Of a stretch of 64,000 nt of DNA, positions 60,376-64,000 are shown in pieces. The notes beneath the pieces were generated by a model, which did no database searches, was not told the origin of the DNA, and saw nothing but the letters and a program-made list of their open reading frames with translations. The stretch's first letter is position 1. Every line of letters begins with the position of its first letter. The position numbers and the translations under genes were made by a program. This DNA comes from an uncultured Campylobacter sp. (GTDB lineage: Bacteria > Campylobacterota > Campylobacteria > Campylobacterales > Campylobacteraceae), in the NCBI RefSeq assembly GCF_938030685.1, contig NZ_CALHHX010000168.1, positions 4,752 through 68,751 on the forward strand, read 5' to 3'.

Positions 60376-62622
60376 CTAAAATAGCCCTTTGAGCAGCCCC
60401 TTAACCACGTCCGATTTTTCCTTTTTAGCGTCGTTTTTGCTGCTGTTATCGTCCTTTTTGACGCCGAAAAGCTTGTCGATGCCCTTGCCGATCTGCTTGT
60501 CGAGCTTGCCCTTTAGATAGTCCGATTGGATATTGTATTTCGGCTCTTTAATCGTGCCGGTGATGTTTATTTCAAGATCGGTTTTTTCGATGTTTGCCTT
60601 AACCGGCACCGAAATCGCGCCCGTTTTACTATCCAGCGTGCCGTCCGTTACGTTTAGCTTGCTTTTTTGCGCGCTCATATCGGCGTTGAAATTTATCAAA
60701 TTTTGCTTGATCGTGCCGTTTACTTTGGCGTCGTTATAGACCTCACCGCCTAGATCACGACCTAAAATTTTGCCGATTTTATCGATCAATCCGCCGCTAG
60801 GAAGGCGACCGTTATTGATGATCGCGTCGAATTTTCCGCTGTGCGAGCTAGTATTATACGTAAGATTTGCATTGCCCGTGCCGTCGTAGACGTGATCGAT
60901 ATTTAGAAGCGTCGTAAGCTCTTTGACGATAAAATTTTGGATTTTAAAATTTGCCTCATCGCCCGCGATCTGTCCGTTCAGCTCACCGCCCGCGACCTTG
61001 GAATTTATGGTCGCAAACAGGCTCTTGCCGTCGTGCGAAAGCTCGCCGGTCGCGGCAATCTTGCCGTTTAGTCTACGATTTAGAAAAAACTCCAGTCGCT
61101 GCAGGCTCGGGATCAACAGCGCGTAGTTCGCCTTAAGCGCTTTGTTTTTGAGCTCGTAGGTGCCGTTTAGGCTCTGAAGCTGCGCTAGATCGGAGTTTGC
61201 GCTAGCGCTAAAGGTCGCGACTGAGTTTTTGATATTTGTCTGCGCCTGCGCGTCCGCTTTTAGATCGCTCGGGAAGTTCTTGTCCGTCGCGCCGTCTAAA
61301 AATTTCTTAAAAATTACTCCGTTAGCGAGCGAAATTTGCGCCGTACCGTTGATGCCGTCCTTTAAGCTTAACTTCGCATCGCCGTTTATCGTGCCGTTTC
61401 CGATCGCGTTGCCGTAAAACAGAGCCGAAAGCACGGCCAGATTTAGATTGCTAGCCTTAAGCTTTAGATCGCTTAAATTTCCGCTCGCATTCAGGTTGCC
61501 GCCCATCGCGTTTAGATTTAAGCTTAGATTTTTAAGTTCGTTCTGCGCTAGAGCCGCGCTAAGCTCGCCGTTTGCCTTGCCTTGCAGCTTCACTCCCAGG
61601 ACGTTTTGCAGCGCGGCTAGATCGTTTGCATTTAGCTTCGCGGACAGCTCGCCGTTTTTGTTTTTCAGGTCAAATTTGGCCTCCGCATCCGCTTTAAGCG
61701 CGTCTTTAAACGCTGAAATTTGCGAGTTTGAAAGCTCAAGCGTAGAAAAATCGGTCTTTAAATTTCCGTTTGCTTTAACGTCGCCCGAAATTTTGCGCCC
61801 GATAAGGCTTTCGAGCTTCGCTAGATCGGGCAAATTCAGATTAAAATCGGAATTTAAAGTTTTGTTTTTCAGATCAAATTCCGATTTTTCGGCGCTGATC
61901 TTACCTAGCGTCGAATCGATCTTGCTTGCTGCTCGCAAGATGTCATTTTGCGCCGTGATGTCCGAATTCAACGTGATCTGCACGCCCTTTGGGATGGAGA
62001 TATTCATATCTTTAAACGCAGATTCGTTTAGGATCAAATTTGAACTCTTGATACTCGCGTTGCCATCTGCGCCGCCGCCGCTAGCCTTGATATCTGAGAG
62101 AATGTCGATATTTCCTTTGGCGTAGATCGGCAGCGAGGCTACGGCAAGGGCCTTTTCGATGTTTAGAGCTTTAGCATCGATTTGCAGATCAAGTGGCTTG
62201 AGGTCTTTTAAATTTGCTAAAAATTTTACGTTGCTATCAAAAATCCGCCCGCTGCCGTTGATGCCGAATTTGTCAAGATCGCCTAAAATTTGCCCTTTGA
62301 GGCTTAGCTCTTCGCTCGTTTTTATGCCGAGCTTGGCTAGATCGTGCGCGTTTGCGTCGTAGTTAAGATCGAAAGAGCGCGCAAAAAGCGAGTATTTGCC
62401 CTTTACGTTTACGCTCGCAGCATCATTTACGTTGGCGCTGATGTCCAGATCGCCGAAATTTAGATCGAATTTCTCAAGCTTCACATCAAGGCCGCTTTTT
62501 TCTTTGATCAAATTTTCTATATAAGGCTTAGCAAGATGGTTGCCAAAATCGCTGAAAAATAGGCAGCCCGCGCCTACTATAAGCAGGATTAAAATTCCTG
62601 CGATTATGCCGAAAATTTTCAT
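60376..62622 (-). CDS. AsmA-like inner-membrane-anchored periplasmic beta-groove protein (Cj1219c-like)
   Basis: N-terminal TM, repetitive amphipathic beta strands, C-terminal ITGTIKEPKY; divergent from groES. Confidence 0.75.
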   Translation of the reverse strand: MKIFGIIAGILILLIVGAGCLFFSDFGNHLAKPYIENLIKEKSGLDVKLEKFDLNFGDLDISANVNDAASVNVKGKYSLFARSFDLNYDANAHDLAKLGIKTSEELSLKGQILGDLDKFGINGSGRIFDSNVKFLANLKDLKPLDLQIDAKALNIEKALAVASLPIYAKGNIDILSDIKASGGGADGNASIKSSNLILNESAFKDMNISIPKGVQITLNSDITAQNDILRAASKIDSTLGKISAEKSEFDLKNKTLNSDFNLNLPDLAKLESLIGRKISGDVKANGNLKTDFSTLELSNSQISAFKDALKADAEAKFDLKNKNGELSAKLNANDLAALQNVLGVKLQGKANGELSAALAQNELKNLSLNLNAMGGNLNASGNLSDLKLKASNLNLAVLSALFYGNAIGNGTINGDAKLSLKDGINGTAQISLANGVIFKKFLDGATDKNFPSDLKADAQAQTNIKNSVATFSASANSDLAQLQSLNGTYELKNKALKANYALLIPSLQRLEFFLNRRLNGKIAATGELSHDGKSLFATINSKVAGGELNGQIAGDEANFKIQNFIVKELTTLLNIDHVYDGTGNANLTYNTSSHSGKFDAIINNGRLPSGGLIDKIGKILGRDLGGEVYNDAKVNGTIKQNLINFNADMSAQKSKLNVTDGTLDSKTGAISVPVKANIEKTDLEINITGTIKEPKYNIQSDYLKGKLDKQIGKGIDKLFGVKKDDNSSKNDAKKEKSDVVKGLLKGLF

Positions 62623-62692
62623 TTCGTCCCCTTAAAAATTTAAAATTTGAGGGTATTATAGCCCTTAAAATTTAACGTTTAAAATCTCAATA

Positions 62693-62713
62693 CTTGAGTT
62701 TAAATCACTAAAG
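62693..62713. promoter_or_regulatory. HAIR element (HspR operator)
   Basis: CTTGAGT-N7-ACTAAAG, 13/14 to the CTTGAGT-N7-ACTCAAG consensus. Confidence 0.8.
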
Positions 62714-62738
62714 TTTTATAAAAATTTTTCATAAACTA

Positions 62739-62767
62739 TTGACAAGATTTTAAATTTTGCATATAAT
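62739..62767 (+). promoter_or_regulatory. Consensus sigma70 promoter of groES-groEL
   Basis: TTGACA-17 bp-TATAAT. Confidence 0.9.
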
Positions 62768-62768
62768 C

Positions 62769-62795
62769 TTAGCACTCAAACACATTGAGTGCCAA
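62769..62795. promoter_or_regulatory. CIRCE element (HrcA operator)
   Basis: TTAGCACTC-N9-GAGTGCCAA. Confidence 0.93.
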
Positions 62796-62828
62796 TTTTA
62801 GAAATCACAAATCAAAGAAAGGACTGAA

Positions 62829-63092
62829 ATGAAATTTCAACCACTTGGCAAGCGCGTTCTAATAGAGCGCGAGGAGGAGACCAAAAAGACCGCTTCGGGC
62901 ATCATCATCCCCGACAATGCTTCAAAAGAGAAGCCTTCGACCGGCAAAATCGTAGCCGTCGGCAGCGAATGCGAGGGCGTGAAAAAGGGCGATACCGTAG
63001 CGTTTGCAAAATACGCAGGTAGCGAGATTAGCTTAGACGATAAGAAATTTCTTATCTTAAATTTAGAAGACGTTTTAGGCATAATTAAATAA
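62829..63092 (+). CDS. groES: Co-chaperonin GroES
   Basis: [30 protein letters not shown]. Confidence 0.98.
   Translation: MKFQPLGKRVLIEREEETKKTASGIIIPDNASKEKPSTGKIVAVGSECEGVKKGDTVAFAKYAGSEISLDDKKFLILNLEDVLGIIK

Positions 63093-64000
<908 letters not shown>

Noticed and set aside
61448..62125. 225-aa plus-strand ORF and other long antisense ORFs
   Set aside because: Fully overlap well-supported genes on the opposite strand

Overview
This is chromosomal DNA of a Campylobacter. Gene order, moderate GC content and dense AAATTT-rich spacers suggest an oral C. gracilis-like, probably aflagellate lineage (inference). The core backbone is nth, peb4/cbf2-fbaA-MotA/ExbB-like-OmpA/MotB-like, hisD, pyk, mqo, a TRAP binding protein, metK, sstT, pepF-hyp-uvrD-truB-ispE-smpB-tlpA-clpS-clpA-aat-ftsI, a UDP-HexNAc dehydrogenase, hemH-gfo, alaS-hyp-maf-PBP1A, qNor, yqeY, an AsmA-like gene and groES-groEL (with HAIR, CIRCE and a consensus sigma70 promoter). 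Accessory DNA comprises three parts. (1) An ~11.5 kb run of co-oriented minus-strand genes (9.4-21 kb) including ecotin, YeaK, two Trp/Tyr beta-repeat proteins, an orphan immunity-like gene and two broken genes. (2) An AT-rich mini-island bounded by a 52-bp direct repeat with a 23-bp exact core, carrying one orphan gene with PIN-like acidic motifs. (3) An ankyrin gene and an AT-rich membrane-protein pair. The most striking pattern is the RAATTY hexamer, the methylation motif that licenses DNA for natural transformation in C. jejuni. It is packed into intergenic arrays, tandem pairs and hairpins, and also occurs inside long in-frame insertions in housekeeping proteins (YeaK, PepF, HemH). csrA and flgBC-fliE are missing from their usual syntenic positions. 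No rRNA, tRNA, CRISPR array, integrase or transposase was recognised. All family calls rest on motif recognition by eye; no database searches were run.
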